From positions 1 to 53,914 of IMG/VR virus record IMGVR_UViG_3300036791_001299: DNA of 53,914 bases; one strand, 5' to 3'. A program made the position numbers and the translations under genes. The DNA is from a virus. Its lineage: Duplodnaviria; Caudoviricetes. The stretch's first letter is position 1, and each line of letters starts with the position of its first letter. Below are positions 53,389 to 53,914 of the stretch, piece by piece. The notes beneath the pieces are model-generated. The model did no database searches. It was not told where the DNA came from and saw nothing but the letters and a program-made list of their open reading frames with translations.

Positions 53389-53914
53389 TTGCGAAATTCC
53401 GTATTACACTCACGCTGTTTTACACTTTTTTTTGTGTTTTACGCTTTTTCGTACAATTCTCTTTAAAAATTGGCGTGTACACTAACTTCCACGGTCGTAG
53501 AAACGACGGTTGCAAGGTGTCTACGACCGTTTCAGTGTCGCCCCACCAACTTCAGCGGGAACCCCTTTTGGCCCCGCGCAGCGGCGCTCTGGAGAGCCGA
53601 CCGGGGTCCGCAGTCTCGCACGACCCACGCGCGGTTTTCCGGAGCGCCGCTTCGCGGGGAAGTACCACAATTGTCGAGGATGGCACCGTGACAGCAGGGT
53701 ACACGACAATTCGGGAACAGACCCCCCCCTACCCCCCCCGTCACAAATGCTTTACGGATAGGAGTTTACATTTTCCCCCCACCGCATAACCGCGCCACCG
53801 GTGTCCCGTTTCTTACGAAAACGAGTGTCGCTACCCCGCTCCCTCTGTGCTTCCCAGCACTTCGGTCTTGCGGACGACGTACGGATTTCCGGGTATCCCG
53901 GTAAGCTGTATCCC

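Noticed and set aside
53831-53914. Possible 3' end of a primase/helicase gene on the minus strand (GIQLTG...)
   Set aside because: Only 27 codons are visible, too little to call

Overview
The window is a large part of a GC-rich, lambda-like siphovirus or prophage genome, with most genes on the minus strand. From left to right it holds: an early/recombination block (ParB-like, HNH, TcmP-like, PD-(D/E)XK nuclease, MT-A70 methylase, Gp157, Bet/RecT, HTH and a divergent RHH regulator); a tail module (fibre, tip, tape measure, frameshifted chaperone, tube); a lambda-type head module (capsid, decoration, S49 protease with nested scaffold, portal, gpW); terminase genes; and accessory clusters with tandem repeats and a 228-bp duplicated promoter block. 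The main feature is a ~5.5 kb cassette between terS and terL. It encodes a DarG-like macrodomain, a ~602-aa Cas12m-like (type V-M/V-U1) effector that appears to keep a D-E-D RuvC triad, and a 36-nt-repeat CRISPR array (29 + 5 repeats) with no cas1/cas2 and no leader. The array tail contains a protein-coding gene, very short spacers and variant repeats that keep the hairpin by compensatory changes. Solitary copies of the same repeat lie far away (4951, 49319, remnant at 47371). Each sits just downstream of a candidate promoter, and the two intact copies are antisense to a gene's 3' end. This suggests the phage reuses CRISPR repeats for regulation. No integrase, endolysin or replicase was recognised. 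All family calls come from motif recognition by eye, not database searches.
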